DNA from: Pseudomonadota bacterium
GTDB taxonomy: Bacteria > CALINM01
Assembly: GCA_026418415.1 (NCBI GenBank)
Contig: JAOABK010000007.1
Location: 1-64,000, forward strand
Direction of reading: 5' to 3'
Length of the DNA stretch: 64,000 nt
Part shown: positions 1 to 10,531 of the stretch, in pieces
Layout: the number at the start of each line of letters is the position of its first letter
How positions within the stretch are numbered: position 1 is the stretch's first letter
The notes under the pieces: model-generated
Database searches by the model: none
The model's input: the letters and a program-made list of their open reading frames with translations, nothing else
What the model was told of the DNA's origin: nothing
Translations under genes and position numbers: made by a program

Positions 1-140
1 CTCGTGGGATCTCCGAGGACCTTAAAGGTTTCGGCAAGCCTGCTTATAATATAATCAGATTTCATCTTTTCTCTTACCGAGAGGACCTTCTTTTCATCGA
101 TAAAATTAACTTCGCAAATTTCATCCTTAATATTTTTCAT
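1..140 (-). CDS. ArsR/SmtB-family transcriptional regulator (N-terminal part; gene continues beyond window start)
   Basis: The reverse-complement of 1-140 translates to MKNIKDEICEVNFIDEKKVLSVREKMKSDYIISRLAETFKVLGDPT. LAETFKVLGDPTR is the canonical start of an ArsR-family HTH. The ORF is not in the supplied track because it is truncated at the window edge. Confidence 0.5.
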   Translation of the reverse strand, partial: MKNIKDEICEVNFIDEKKVLSVREKMKSDYIISRLAETFKVLGDPT

Positions 141-305
141 ACCAAACCCTCTTTTAAACAATTGAACATATGCTCAACTGTTTTATATTATAAAACTATT
201 TCAAGATAAATGTAAAAGGAGTCTTTGTAATATGTTAAGTAACTAATTTTCTTAAAACCATGCTATTTCTTGTTTTTTTTGAATAACATTATTATTTTTT
301 ACAAT

Positions 306-343
306 CTAAAAAAATAAAAAAGCCCTGCTTAAAGGCAGGGCTC
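306..343 (-). terminator. Rho-independent terminator downstream of pstS
   Basis: Hairpin agccctgc-ttaaa-ggcagggct at 321-342. On the minus strand it is followed by a T-run (plus-strand A-run 306-320), immediately 3' of the pstS stop. Confidence 0.5.
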
Positions 344-371
344 TTTCTAAATCTCAGTTATTTATTACTCT

Positions 372-1376
372 TTATTTACCCTTTTCTTCTCTCTTTAAAA
401 GGTCTTCTATCTTGACTCCCACTTCTGCTGTTCCACCAAACATGCTACCCACGATTTTCTTTGCAAATCTGTCTTCTGCTAACTTATAAGCCTTGTCTGG
501 AAGGGGGATATACTTTACCTGTTTCACAAGTTTGCTCGCATTTTTCAAATAAAACTCTACAAACTCTTTTACTTCGGGCTTTTCAGCTGATTTTTTATTT
601 ACATAGATAAAAATTGGCCTTGAAAGGGGCTGATACTCACCATCCATAACAGTTTTCATAGATGGCAGAACTTCTTTTTTTGTTGTTGGATTTACTATGG
701 GAACGAGTTTTAATTTATCTTTGTTTTCCTCATAATAGGCAAGGCCAAAGTACCCGAGGGCGTTTCTATCTCCTGAAATTCCCTGAACCAAAACATTATC
801 GTCTTCACTTGAAGTATAATCACCTCTTGATGCTTTAGCTTTACCAACAATTGCCTCAGTGAAATAATCAAAGGTACCTGAATCAACACCTGGACCATAT
901 AATTTCAAAGGGGCATCAGGCCACTCAGGTCTTACCTGATTCCATTTTGTAATAGTACCCTGAGCTGATGGCTCCCAAATCTTTTTTAAGTCCTCTACAG
1001 TTAGGCTTTTTACCCAATTATTCTTGGGATTAACCATTACTGCAAGACCATCGTATGCTATAGGTAATTCAATAAACTCTATACCCCCTTCTTTACAAGC
1101 ATCGATTTCTTTCTTTAATATTGGTCTTGATGCATTTGAAATATCTGTTTCGCCTCTACAGAATTTTTTAAATCCTCCACCTGTTCCAGAAATACCAACA
1201 GTTACATTCACTGAACCTTTCTTTAGTTTCTGAAACTCTTCTGCTACCGCTTCAGTAATTGGGTAGACTGTACTTGAGCCATCAATTTTAATAACTTTCT
1301 CTACTGCATCAACATTTTTAACAACAAACAACAAAACTAAACAAATTGCACTAAGGGATAATAATTTTCTTAACAT
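372..1376 (-). CDS. pstS: Phosphate ABC transporter substrate-binding protein PstS (orphan; no pstCAB adjacent)
   Basis: Signal peptide followed by [16 protein letters not shown] and SGTGGGF motifs typical of the PstS family. Confidence 0.8.
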   Translation of the reverse strand: MLRKLLSLSAICLVLLFVVKNVDAVEKVIKIDGSSTVYPITEAVAEEFQKLKKGSVNVTVGISGTGGGFKKFCRGETDISNASRPILKKEIDACKEGGIEFIELPIAYDGLAVMVNPKNNWVKSLTVEDLKKIWEPSAQGTITKWNQVRPEWPDAPLKLYGPGVDSGTFDYFTEAIVGKAKASRGDYTSSEDDNVLVQGISGDRNALGYFGLAYYEENKDKLKLVPIVNPTTKKEVLPSMKTVMDGEYQPLSRPIFIYVNKKSAEKPEVKEFVEFYLKNASKLVKQVKYIPLPDKAYKLAEDRFAKKIVGSMFGGTAEVGVKIEDLLKREEKGK

Positions 1377-1422
1377 ACCCTAAACTCCTCCTCTTTTTTT
1401 TATATAGAAGTTTAAGGTTAAT

Positions 1423-1442
1423 TTGTTAAATTTTTGTTAAAA
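1423..1442 (-). promoter_or_regulatory. Direct repeat TTGTTAAA-N3-TTGTTAAAA (11-bp period) upstream of pstS; candidate Pho box
   Basis: Two 8-bp direct repeats at 1423-1430 and 1434-1442 spaced one helical turn apart, about 45-65 bp upstream of the pstS start codon. Winged-helix regulators of the OmpR/PhoB family bind such repeats. Confidence 0.3.
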
Positions 1443-1496
1443 GGGGGTTATTTTTTTATTAAATTATATTTGAACATTTAAAAATTAAACCTTATA

Positions 1497-2291
1497 GTGA
1501 TACTATATTTCAAAATGAGAGAAAAAAAAGACTATACAGATTCTCACATTCATTTTTATGAAGATGGTCAAGTAGTATCATTTGAGAGATTAGAAAAAAT
1601 TATAAACATGTATTTATCAGCTTCTATCAATACAATAAAGGACATGGGACATAAAAAGGGAATTGGTATATACTTGAAATTTCAATATAAAGATAAAATA
1701 AATATACAAACCTGTGGCTATGCCCTTTATAAAGAAGGTGGGTATGGATCCTTCATAGGTTTGCCAATAAAAGATAAAAAGGAAATAAAAACAATTATAC
1801 ATTCATTATACAAAAAAGGGGTTGATTTCATTAAAGTTATAAACTCTGGTATAGTTACAACAGATCCACGGAAACCAATTTCAAATGGTGGTTTCAGTAA
1901 AGAAGAATTGAAAATAATAATAGAAGAAGCAAATAACTTAGGATTGAAAGTTTATTGTCATGTAAATGGTGATAAGAAAATTCAAGAAGCAATTCTTTTA
2001 GGTGCAGATTCTATTGAACATGGTTTTTTTATTTCCCATGAATCTTTGATTATGATGAAAGAGCTTAATGTTGAGTGGACTCCAACTGTAAACGCTCTGT
2101 TAAGTATTACAAAATTCTTAAAGGAAGAAGAAAAGAATTACATAGAATCGATTGTAAAAGAACATCTTGATAAAATTTACTTTGCAAAAGGATTGGGTAT
2201 TAAGATTAACGTTGGCTCTGATGGTGGATCTAAAGGTATTAAACATATAGAGAGTTTTTTTAAAGAACTTGAAATTTTAAAGCCCAGTTGA
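1497..2291 (+). CDS. Metal-dependent amidohydrolase superfamily protein (compact, 264 aa)
   Basis: N-terminal HIH (HxH) motif, internal HVNGD and HGFF motifs, and C-terminal VGSDGG aspartate, as in the amidohydrolase fold. Confidence 0.5.
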   Translation: MILYFKMREKKDYTDSHIHFYEDGQVVSFERLEKIINMYLSASINTIKDMGHKKGIGIYLKFQYKDKINIQTCGYALYKEGGYGSFIGLPIKDKKEIKTIIHSLYKKGVDFIKVINSGIVTTDPRKPISNGGFSKEELKIIIEEANNLGLKVYCHVNGDKKIQEAILLGADSIEHGFFISHESLIMMKELNVEWTPTVNALLSITKFLKEEEKNYIESIVKEHLDKIYFAKGLGIKINVGSDGGSKGIKHIESFFKELEILKPS

Positions 2292-3950
2292 TTATAGTCT
2301 TTTACAAATGTTCTCCATTTCATCCGCAGTAATAACTTTATTTTTTCCTGTTCTTTTTGCACAATAAAGGGCTTCATCGGCTAATAAAATTAGATTTCTT
2401 ATAGTATCAGCATTAGAAGGACATGATGCACAACCAATACTAATAGTAACCTTAATATTATTGTTTCCTTTATCATAAATCATGCTTTCTACATTTTCTC
2501 TAATCCTTTCTGCAACCATTTTACCAGATTCAAGATCAGTCGCAGGTAATATCACTGCAAATTCTTCTCCCCCATACCTAAAAGCTAAATCGTTATCTCT
2601 TATAGAATTTAAGATTGTTTTTGCCACACCGAGTAAGACTGTATCACCAACAAGGTGTCCAAACGTATCATTTATCTTTTTAAAATTATCGATATCACAA
2701 ATAAGTAAGCTAAATTTTGCACCAAATTTTTCATAGTTTAAATATTCTCTCTCTATGCAAAATCTAAAGTGTCTTTGGGTATAAAGCTTTGTTAATTCAT
2801 CAGTAATCGCAATATAATAAAGTCTTGCGTTTTCAAAAGCTACAGATATGTGTTCCTTAACTACCTGACTTAGTGAAAATTGGGCATGAGTAAACATTTT
2901 TTGTTCATTTCTTAAAACTATTAAAGCCATCTTTATTTTATTTTTCTCTATTGGTATGTATATTTCTTTTCTATCATGGGAGATCACACATTCATTGAAA
3001 TTATTCTCGTACCACTGCCTGGTGATAATATAAAGAGAGCTATCCTCATCAATTTTTTTTCTATTAATTGTATTTTCTTTATTATTCCAGGTAAAACATC
3101 TATACCCTAACTCTTCTTTTTTTACTATTATATTTACTTCATCTGCATCGAAGGTATCTTTTATAATTTCAAAAACTGCTGTTTTTAATTCATCAAAATC
3201 TATAGTTTTGCTTAACTTTCCCATCATGTTATAGAGAATAGATAACTCTCTGTTTTTTAAAACAATTTCATTAATATACTTTTCTATTTTATTACCTATA
3301 GTTCCACCAACAGTGATGGACAATAGGGCAAAACAAAAAATCCCAATTCCCACTATAAAACTTTGAATTTTAAATATCTCTGACTCTATATGTTTCATAG
3401 ACTTATCAATAATTAGTTTTCCAGTAATCCTTTGCTCTTTAGGATGACACCCATAACATTCAGGTTCATTTGGCATCGTAGAAATGACTCTTAAAATTCT
3501 CTGATTATTCTTGTCAAATTCTATACTGCTTATAGAAGGAGCTTCTCCTATTTTTTTATGACATATTGAACAGGACCTATCCTGTAATTTATCATACCTC
3601 TTATTTATTAGATCTTTTTCAGATGAATAGATTATCTTACCACTTACATCAAGTATATGTATCCCAACAATATCATTTATATCAACTTCTTCAGTTTTTA
3701 TATTTTCAATGGTACTTTGAATAAAATCTGGATTCCTCATAATCATTAGACCTCGTATACTCATCTGTATTGTTTTGACAAGTTCAAAAGAGGCCCTCTC
3801 AGCATTCTTTAAAAAAGTCTTTTTAACATTAAAGCTTAGAAATAGGATAATTAAAAGAAAGGTAAAGAAAATAATTAATAGAACTGAATAAATAAGCTGT
3901 TTCTTTAATTTAAATAGCCATGTTAGGTTTTCTTTAATTGAAAGTTTCAT
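2292..3950 (-). CDS. Membrane diguanylate cyclase: TM, periplasmic domain with two CxxCH heme-c motifs, TM, GAF-like domain, GGDEF domain
   Basis: RYGGEEF active-site motif. Two hydrophobic helices flank a roughly 150-aa segment containing SCSICH and ECYGCH. Confidence 0.75.
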   Translation of the reverse strand: MKLSIKENLTWLFKLKKQLIYSVLLIIFFTFLLIILFLSFNVKKTFLKNAERASFELVKTIQMSIRGLMIMRNPDFIQSTIENIKTEEVDINDIVGIHILDVSGKIIYSSEKDLINKRYDKLQDRSCSICHKKIGEAPSISSIEFDKNNQRILRVISTMPNEPECYGCHPKEQRITGKLIIDKSMKHIESEIFKIQSFIVGIGIFCFALLSITVGGTIGNKIEKYINEIVLKNRELSILYNMMGKLSKTIDFDELKTAVFEIIKDTFDADEVNIIVKKEELGYRCFTWNNKENTINRKKIDEDSSLYIITRQWYENNFNECVISHDRKEIYIPIEKNKIKMALIVLRNEQKMFTHAQFSLSQVVKEHISVAFENARLYYIAITDELTKLYTQRHFRFCIEREYLNYEKFGAKFSLLICDIDNFKKINDTFGHLVGDTVLLGVAKTILNSIRDNDLAFRYGGEEFAVILPATDLESGKMVAERIRENVESMIYDKGNNNIKVTISIGCASCPSNADTIRNLILLADEALYCAKRTGKNKVITADEMENICKRL

Positions 3951-3976
3951 TATATTTATAATATTATATTTCTAAT

Positions 3977-4933
3977 ATGCTTTTCCAGTTTTTAATTTTT
4001 ATTTTGGGATTTGTCTTTTTGATTTATGGTGGTAGCTTTCTTGTTGATGGAGCATCATCCTTAGCAAAACATTTCAAAATAAGTGATTTAGTAATCGGAC
4101 TTACTATTGTATCCTTTGGCACATCTGCACCAGAGCTGATGGTCAACATAATGGCATCAATACAAAACAAAGGAGATATAACAATAGGAAATATCATAGG
4201 TAGCAATATCGCAAATATCTTATTAATTTTAGGAGTAGCATCTGTTATATCCCCAATATATGTACAAGCTTCAACTATCTGGAAAGAAATACCCTTTAGC
4301 ATGTTAGCAGTTATTGTATTTTTTATTCTTTCAAATGATTATTTACTTGATGGGAAACCATATAATTTTTTAGACCGATCTGATGGTTTGATACTTCTTT
4401 GTTTTTTCACAGTTTTTTTATCCTATATAGTTAGTTTATCCAAGCAAACAATAGAGGAACAAATCATTCCAGCAAAGTATGGAAAATTTACCTCTTTTAT
4501 TTTTTTTCTGATCGGGCTGTTCGGCTTAATATTAGGTGGAAGAATGGTTGTCGATTCTGGGTCAAATATCGCCCGTAACCTTGGTGTTTCAGAAGCATTC
4601 ATAGGATTCACGCTCATTGCCATAGGGACCAGTTTGCCAGAATTATTTGCCAGCGCTATTGCTGCTTATAAAAAAAATTCAGATATTGCAATAGGTAATA
4701 TTGTGGGATCTAATATTTTCAATATTTTCTGGATATTAGGGGTTTCTTCCTTAATAAGGCCAATCCCTTACTCAGCTATATATAACTTCGACATAATAAT
4801 CTTAGTTTTAGCCACTTCAGTTCTCTTCACCTTTATGTTTACAGGGAAAAGAAACACCCTTTTTCGAAAAGAAGGGGGATTACTTTTAGCGCTATATATC
4901 TTTTATCTGATTTATTTGATATTTAGAGGATAG
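3977..4933 (+). CDS. Ca2+/cation antiporter (CaCA family, YrbG-like)
   Basis: Two alpha-repeats, GNIIGSNIANILLILG and GNIVGSNIFNIFWILG, in a 10-TM architecture. Confidence 0.8.
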   Translation: MLFQFLIFILGFVFLIYGGSFLVDGASSLAKHFKISDLVIGLTIVSFGTSAPELMVNIMASIQNKGDITIGNIIGSNIANILLILGVASVISPIYVQASTIWKEIPFSMLAVIVFFILSNDYLLDGKPYNFLDRSDGLILLCFFTVFLSYIVSLSKQTIEEQIIPAKYGKFTSFIFFLIGLFGLILGGRMVVDSGSNIARNLGVSEAFIGFTLIAIGTSLPELFASAIAAYKKNSDIAIGNIVGSNIFNIFWILGVSSLIRPIPYSAIYNFDIIILVLATSVLFTFMFTGKRNTLFRKEGGLLLALYIFYLIYLIFRG

Positions 4934-4937
4934 CTCT

Positions 4938-5498
4938 TTAAATAAATGTTCTCAATATTATAACTGCACCAGTCAAAATCATTATTATACCAGCAATTTT
5001 TTTGAAAGGCACTTTAGGTAGCCATTTTTGAACCCTGCTTCCTAAAAATACACCAACAAAAGTAGCTAAAATTAGTGCCAAAAAGCATCCTGAAAAAACC
5101 ATTCCAAAGGACTTAAATTTTGCACCAAGCACCAATGAACATACCTGTGTCTTATCTCCTAACTCTCCCAAAAAAATTGTGGTGAAGGAAATTAAAAATC
5201 CGTTTTTCCCTGATTTTGTATTTTCTCCATCTTCTTTACTATTGACAAGAAACATATAAATACCATAAACCAAAAAAACTGCCCCTGAGGTTATCCCAAC
5301 TAAACTTTCCGACAGCACGTTTGAGACCATACTACCAATATACACACCTGGCCCATTAAGAATAGCAAAGGCAAGTGAAGCCCCTAAAAAAACTGGTAAA
5401 CCACCATACTTAAGGCTTAAAGAAAAGACGAGAAACTGTGTCTTATCGCCCATTTCTGCAGTAAAGACCATTAAAAATGAGGTAAGAAAGCTCTCCAT
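4938..5498 (-). CDS. UPF0016/GDT1-family (TMEM165-like) putative Ca2+/Mn2+ transporter
   Basis: Two E-x-G-D-K-T signature motifs, EMGDKTQ and GELGDKTQ. Confidence 0.75.
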   Translation of the reverse strand: MESFLTSFLMVFTAEMGDKTQFLVFSLSLKYGGLPVFLGASLAFAILNGPGVYIGSMVSNVLSESLVGITSGAVFLVYGIYMFLVNSKEDGENTKSGKNGFLISFTTIFLGELGDKTQVCSLVLGAKFKSFGMVFSGCFLALILATFVGVFLGSRVQKWLPKVPFKKIAGIIMILTGAVIILRTFI

Positions 5499-5499
5499 A

Positions 5500-6348
5500 T
5501 TAATCGATAATTATTCTATCATATCTCGTTATTATGTAACCTGAAAAAAGTATAAGAAAGCCACCGACTACTATTTTTATTGTCAGACTTTCGCTAAATA
5601 TAAACCATCCCCAAAACATTGTGCCCAATGGTTCAAAATAACCAATGATTGATGTTCTAACACCACCTAAACGATATAGACCATATAAGTAAAGATATGA
5701 TGCGATGCCAGAATAAAGCAGTGATAACATAAACATTTTAATAAAAAAATTGGGTTCAAACTCGAAACTTATTTTTGATGCAAAAATAAGAAGGATGATA
5801 CTGCTAAAAGTGTTCTGATAAAAGATTAATATTTCGCTATCAAGGGTTTTTAAAATTTTTCTTGCAGTTATAACACTTAATCCATAAAACACCCCGGATA
5901 ATAGCCCAAAAAAAGCCCCCCTATCAAAGGTAAAACTCATATCGGCTTTTACAAAAATTACTAAAAAACCAGTAAAGGCGATAGATAAGGCAAGGATGGT
6001 TGTTTTGGTAACTCGTTCTTTTAAAATAATAGGTGCTAATAAAGCTACAAATATAGGGGCGGTATAGTGTGTTAAAACCGCTATTGAAGAGGATGTTAGT
6101 TGTAAGGATAAAAGATAAGTTATAAGATTACCAACAAATAGTGAAGAGAGAATTATTAAAAAAAAGAATTCTTTACCATTTAACCCTAAATTTTTTCTTC
6201 TAATTAAATTATAACTACCCCAGATAATTGAGGAAAAAAAACAGAGGTAAAAACTTAATGTATAAGTATTTACCTCTAAAAATCTAACAGGAATAACCCA
6301 GGAACTCCATATTATAAAAGCACAACTTGTATAAAAATAACTCTTCAT
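5500..6348 (-). CDS. EamA-family (DMT superfamily) transporter
   Basis: Polytopic membrane protein of about 10 TM segments arranged as two EamA-like halves. Confidence 0.6.
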   Translation of the reverse strand: MKSYFYTSCAFIIWSSWVIPVRFLEVNTYTLSFYLCFFSSIIWGSYNLIRRKNLGLNGKEFFFLIILSSLFVGNLITYLLSLQLTSSSIAVLTHYTAPIFVALLAPIILKERVTKTTILALSIAFTGFLVIFVKADMSFTFDRGAFFGLLSGVFYGLSVITARKILKTLDSEILIFYQNTFSSIILLIFASKISFEFEPNFFIKMFMLSLLYSGIASYLYLYGLYRLGGVRTSIIGYFEPLGTMFWGWFIFSESLTIKIVVGGFLILFSGYIITRYDRIIID

Positions 6349-7115
6349 TAAGAGGGATTACTACTTTTCCTGTCGTCTCCAGACATAAATGCTCTAAACA
6401 GCTCAATGGGTATTGGAAAAACCACAGTTGAGCTATTTTCTGTAGAAATTTCAGCAAGGGTCTGTAAGTATCTCAATTGTAAAGTAATTGGATTTGAAGC
6501 CATAATTCTTGAAGCCTCTGACAAAGTATTGGCTGCTTGCAACTCACCTTCTGCATTAATAATCTTTGCCCTTCTTTCTCTTTCTGCTTCAGCTTGACGA
6601 GCCATAGCCCTTTGCATTTCCTGGGGCAAATCTATTTGTTTCAGTTCAACATTACTCACCTTTACACCCCAAGGTTCAGTGTGTTTGTCAAGAATTTCCT
6701 GAAGTTCTTCATTTATTTTTTCTCTTTCAGACAGCAACTTATCAAGTTCTGCCTGTCCACAAACACTTCTTAAAGTCGTTTGTGCTAACTGGGAAGTTGC
6801 ATAAAAAAAGTTTTCTACACTTATAATTGCCTTAGTTGGGTCAATTACTCTAAAATATACAACTGCATTAACTTTAACTGAAACATTATCTTTTGTTATA
6901 ACATCCTGAGCTGGTACATCAAGGGTGATAGTCCTAAGGCTTACTTTAACCATTTTGTCAATACCAAGGGGTAAAAGAAAAATAATACCCGGCCCCTTAC
7001 TTCCTATACATCTACCCAATCTAAATACAACGCCTCTTTCATACTCGGGGACAATGCGAATCATACTACCAATAACAATTATTCCTAAAAGAACCAAAAC
7101 AGCTATAAATATCAT
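6348..7115 (-). CDS. SPFH/band-7 (stomatin/prohibitin-like) membrane protein
   Basis: N-terminal TM followed by an SPFH core ([15 protein letters not shown]...) and a coiled-coil [14 protein letters not shown] segment. Confidence 0.75.
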   Translation of the reverse strand: MIFIAVLVLLGIIVIGSMIRIVPEYERGVVFRLGRCIGSKGPGIIFLLPLGIDKMVKVSLRTITLDVPAQDVITKDNVSVKVNAVVYFRVIDPTKAIISVENFFYATSQLAQTTLRSVCGQAELDKLLSEREKINEELQEILDKHTEPWGVKVSNVELKQIDLPQEMQRAMARQAEAERERRAKIINAEGELQAANTLSEASRIMASNPITLQLRYLQTLAEISTENSSTVVFPIPIELFRAFMSGDDRKSSNPS

Positions 7116-7182
7116 AGCATCCCCCTTTTTTTAATTTTTTCTAATTATACTTTTTTATTAAGGGGTTGGGCAACAAAAAACA

Positions 7183-7890
7183 TTAAATTCCAAGATATGC
7201 CTGTTTAATTTTTGGATCATTTATTAAGTCTGAAGACTTTCCTGATATAGTTATTGTTCCGACTTCCATGACATAAGCTCTTTGAGACATTTCAAGCACC
7301 ATCTGGACATCCTGTTCAACTATAAGAATACTCACGCCACTTTTATTAATATCCTGAACAACTTTAACTAAACTTTCAACTACTGCTGGTGCAAGCCCTA
7401 AAGAAAATTCGTCTATTAGGAGAAGTTTTGGTTCATTCATAAGTGCCCTTCCAATCGCAACCATTTGCTGTTCACCACCTGATAAATCACCCGCAAGATG
7501 ATCTTTTCTTTCAAATAATCTTGGGAAGATCTGAAAAATCTTTTCTATCCTTTCATGTATATTTTTCCTATTAGCGAATGCTCCCATATATAAATTTTCT
7601 GTTACTGTCATACCAGCAAATAATCTCCTTCCTTCAGGAACTATGCTTATACCAGATTTAACAATCTTTTCAGAACTTGCATTTGTTAATTTAATACCAT
7701 TGAATATTACTTCACCACTCCATGCCCTATTCAAACCGACTAATGTCCTCATGAATGTTGATTTGCCAGCACCATTTGAGCCCAAAAGCGCTACAATCTC
7801 TCCTTCATTAACCTCCATGGTTATATTCCTTAATATTTGTAAATCCCCATATCCTGTATTTAAATTTTTAACCTCAAGAAGAACACTCAT
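7183..7890 (-). CDS. livF: Branched-chain amino acid ABC transporter ATP-binding protein LivF
   Basis: Walker A GSNGAGKST, ABC signature LSGGEQQ, and synteny with livGMHK. Confidence 0.8.
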   Translation of the reverse strand: MSVLLEVKNLNTGYGDLQILRNITMEVNEGEIVALLGSNGAGKSTFMRTLVGLNRAWSGEVIFNGIKLTNASSEKIVKSGISIVPEGRRLFAGMTVTENLYMGAFANRKNIHERIEKIFQIFPRLFERKDHLAGDLSGGEQQMVAIGRALMNEPKLLLIDEFSLGLAPAVVESLVKVVQDINKSGVSILIVEQDVQMVLEMSQRAYVMEVGTITISGKSSDLINDPKIKQAYLGI

Positions 7891-7893
7891 TAG

Positions 7894-8631
7894 TTACTCC
7901 TTTTTTGCATATTTACTGCCCAAATAGGCTTCTATAACATCTGGATTTTGAACTATTAATTCAGGTTTTCCTTCGGCAATTTTTTTGCCTAAATGGAGAA
8001 CAACAATCCTATCAGATATCCCCATAATTGCCTTCATAACGTGCTCAATAGCAATAATAGTAATACCCTTTTGCTTTAGCTTTATAATTTCAGCCATCAT
8101 ATCATCCAACTCTCTTGTACTTAGACCAGCCATAACTTCATCCAATAATAGTAAGTCTGGACCCATCGCAAGAGCTCTTGCTACCTCAAGTTTTTTCCTT
8201 TTTGCTAAAGGTAAAATTCTTGGATCTTTGTCCTTAACATCAACAAGGCCAACAATCTGAAGGGCTTCTTCTGCTATTGTGACTGCCTCACTTTTAGATT
8301 TTGCATTATTTTTACCATAGAAGGCACCAACCATCACATTTTCTAAAACGGTCAATCCACCAAAGGGCTTTACAACCTGAAAAGTTCTTGCAATACCCAT
8401 TTTTGCTATTTCATGTGGTTTCTTTTCATTTATAATCTCGCCTTTATAGGTAATAACACCACCTGTTATAGGAGTTAATCTTGAAATTAAGTTCATAAAC
8501 GTGGTTTTTCCGGCTCCATTTGGGCCTATTATGCCTACAATCTCTCCCTCATTAACTTCAAAATTTACATCTGTTAAAACCTTTAATCCACCATAGCTTT
8601 TTGCAACATTTTTAGCCTCTAATATAGCCAT
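7894..8631 (-). CDS. livG: Branched-chain amino acid ABC transporter ATP-binding protein LivG
   Basis: Walker A GPNGAGKTT and the LivG-type C-terminal extension. Confidence 0.8.
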   Translation of the reverse strand: MAILEAKNVAKSYGGLKVLTDVNFEVNEGEIVGIIGPNGAGKTTFMNLISRLTPITGGVITYKGEIINEKKPHEIAKMGIARTFQVVKPFGGLTVLENVMVGAFYGKNNAKSKSEAVTIAEEALQIVGLVDVKDKDPRILPLAKRKKLEVARALAMGPDLLLLDEVMAGLSTRELDDMMAEIIKLKQKGITIIAIEHVMKAIMGISDRIVVLHLGKKIAEGKPELIVQNPDVIEAYLGSKYAKKE

Positions 8632-8642
8632 TTTCCTTCCTC

Positions 8643-9602
8643 TTATAATCTATTTTCTCTTAAATTACTAAAAAGCTTTTTAAACGAAAAACCACCTTTA
8701 AAGGTTTCAAATATTCCCTTAGGCAAAAATAAAATGATGAAAATTATCAAAAGTCCAAGTACCATACCATGAATGGCTATAAATTTACTCCAAACGATTT
8801 CAGAAATTAGTTCTAATATAAAGGCTCCTAACATCGGACCTATTACAGTAGTACCGCCACCCAAAAGTATCATTGCAAACATTTTTACTGGATAGGTACC
8901 TCCAAATACTGTATGGGGGTCTATATAACTTAGCCAATAGGCATAAACTCCACCAGTAATTCCAACAAGTGCAGCAGATACAGCCCATGCAAAAGTTTTA
9001 TATAAGGGTGTATTGATACCCATTACACTGGCGGCATCTTCATCAACCCTGATTGCACGAAGTGCATAACCTTGTTTAATTTTTGATACTATAAACAAGA
9101 TTAGAAGAGAAAATAACATCACACCTAACATGACAAAATAGAAGAACTTATATATGTACTCTGGCTCTCCATGCATGATAGGTAGCGTAAGCCCAAGCCC
9201 ACCACCTGTCAATTCAGTCATATTATCAACGAGCTCTTTTATTGTCTCCATTACACCAACTGTAGCAATTGCAAAATAGTGTCCTTTTAATCTTAAAATC
9301 GGAATCCCTAAAAGGGAAGAAATTATTATTCCCGATAGTGCACAAAAAGGAAGAGTAGCAAAAAAAGGCATATTGTATTTTGTGGTTAAAACTCCAGTCA
9401 CATATGCTCCTACCCCAAAAAAAGCGATATTACCAAAAGCTGGATAACCAGTAAAACCAATGATAATATTACTTCCAGTTGCAATTGCTCCAAATAGGAA
9501 TGTCTGGGTTAAAACTCTTAACCAGTAGCCACTTATTACAAATGGTAGTAATATAAGAATAATTATGAATGCAAAAAACAAAATCAGCTTTTTGTTTATC
9601 AA
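8643..9602 (-). CDS. livM: Branched-chain amino acid ABC permease LivM
   Basis: Polytopic permease encoded next to livH and livG. Confidence 0.75.
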   Translation of the reverse strand: MINKKLILFFAFIIILILLPFVISGYWLRVLTQTFLFGAIATGSNIIIGFTGYPAFGNIAFFGVGAYVTGVLTTKYNMPFFATLPFCALSGIIISSLLGIPILRLKGHYFAIATVGVMETIKELVDNMTELTGGGLGLTLPIMHGEPEYIYKFFYFVMLGVMLFSLLILFIVSKIKQGYALRAIRVDEDAASVMGINTPLYKTFAWAVSAALVGITGGVYAYWLSYIDPHTVFGGTYPVKMFAMILLGGGTTVIGPMLGAFILELISEIVWSKFIAIHGMVLGLLIIFIILFLPKGIFETFKGGFSFKKLFSNLRENRL

Positions 9603-10474
9603 TGTTTTACCTCCGCATAGTATTTTCTTCCTAATAAACCTGAGGGCTTTACAATTAACATAAATACCATAAGACCAAAGGCAATAGCATTTTTATAACT
9701 TTCACCAATGTAAAAAGAACTAACTGTCTCTATAACACCAAGAAGTAGTCCTCCTAAAAAAGCACCTTCAACTCGTCCCAATCCTCCAAGTATAGCAACA
9801 ATGAAAGCCCTTAGTGTTAATCCTCCAGCTATATTCGGGGAAAAAGCTTGTGTAAGAGAAAGGAGACTTCCTGAAAGGCCTGCTAAAGCTGATCCTAAAG
9901 CAAAGGTTATTGAGTAAATCTTTCTTGGACTAATACCTGTCATCATTGCAGCCTCAAGATCCAGAGAAGTTGCTCTAATTGCTTTTCCAGTCCATGTCTT
10001 CTCGAGAAAAAATCCCATTATAGCTGTAACAATCATACATATTGCAAAAACAGCCAATCTAATATATGGAACAACAACACCTGCAATTTCAATGCTTTTT
10101 CCTGCATAATCAGGAGTTACAGATCTAAAATCAGCAGAAAAAAAAGTGGTCATAAAATTTACAAGAAAGATTTCCATGCCAAATGTTAATATGAGAAGCA
10201 TAAATATTTGAGCTTTGACTACCATATTCATGAGGTACCTTTGAACTAAATAGCCGAAAATATAAAGAACTATAAAACTTACAGGCAAAGTGATAAATGG
10301 GTCTATGTGAAGGTTTTGAAACATGTAATAGGTTATATATGAGCCAAGTAGTGCGATTGCTCCATGGGCCAAGTTAATAATATTTGTCACACCCCAAACC
10401 AACGAAAACCCTACACCAATTAGTGCATAGAAGCCACCTAATAAAATACCATTAACCAAAATCTGCAATATCAT
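9599..10474 (-). CDS. livH: Branched-chain amino acid ABC permease LivH
   Basis: Polytopic permease whose stop overlaps the livM start by 4 bp. Confidence 0.75.
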   Translation of the reverse strand: MILQILVNGILLGGFYALIGVGFSLVWGVTNIINLAHGAIALLGSYITYYMFQNLHIDPFITLPVSFIVLYIFGYLVQRYLMNMVVKAQIFMLLILTFGMEIFLVNFMTTFFSADFRSVTPDYAGKSIEIAGVVVPYIRLAVFAICMIVTAIMGFFLEKTWTGKAIRATSLDLEAAMMTGISPRKIYSITFALGSALAGLSGSLLSLTQAFSPNIAGGLTLRAFIVAILGGLGRVEGAFLGGLLLGVIETVSSFYIGESYKNAIAFGLMVFMLIVKPSGLLGRKYYAEVKH

Positions 10475-10531
10475 TATCTAACTCCTATGTTATTTAATAG
10501 GGGGTTGCCCCCCTATCTTAAATATTAAGAC

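Noticed and set aside
710-1233. Track ORFs 710-898(-) and 1024-1233(+) inside or antisense to pstS
   Set aside because: They lie fully within a well-supported gene in another frame and have low-complexity AT-driven translations, so they are spurious.
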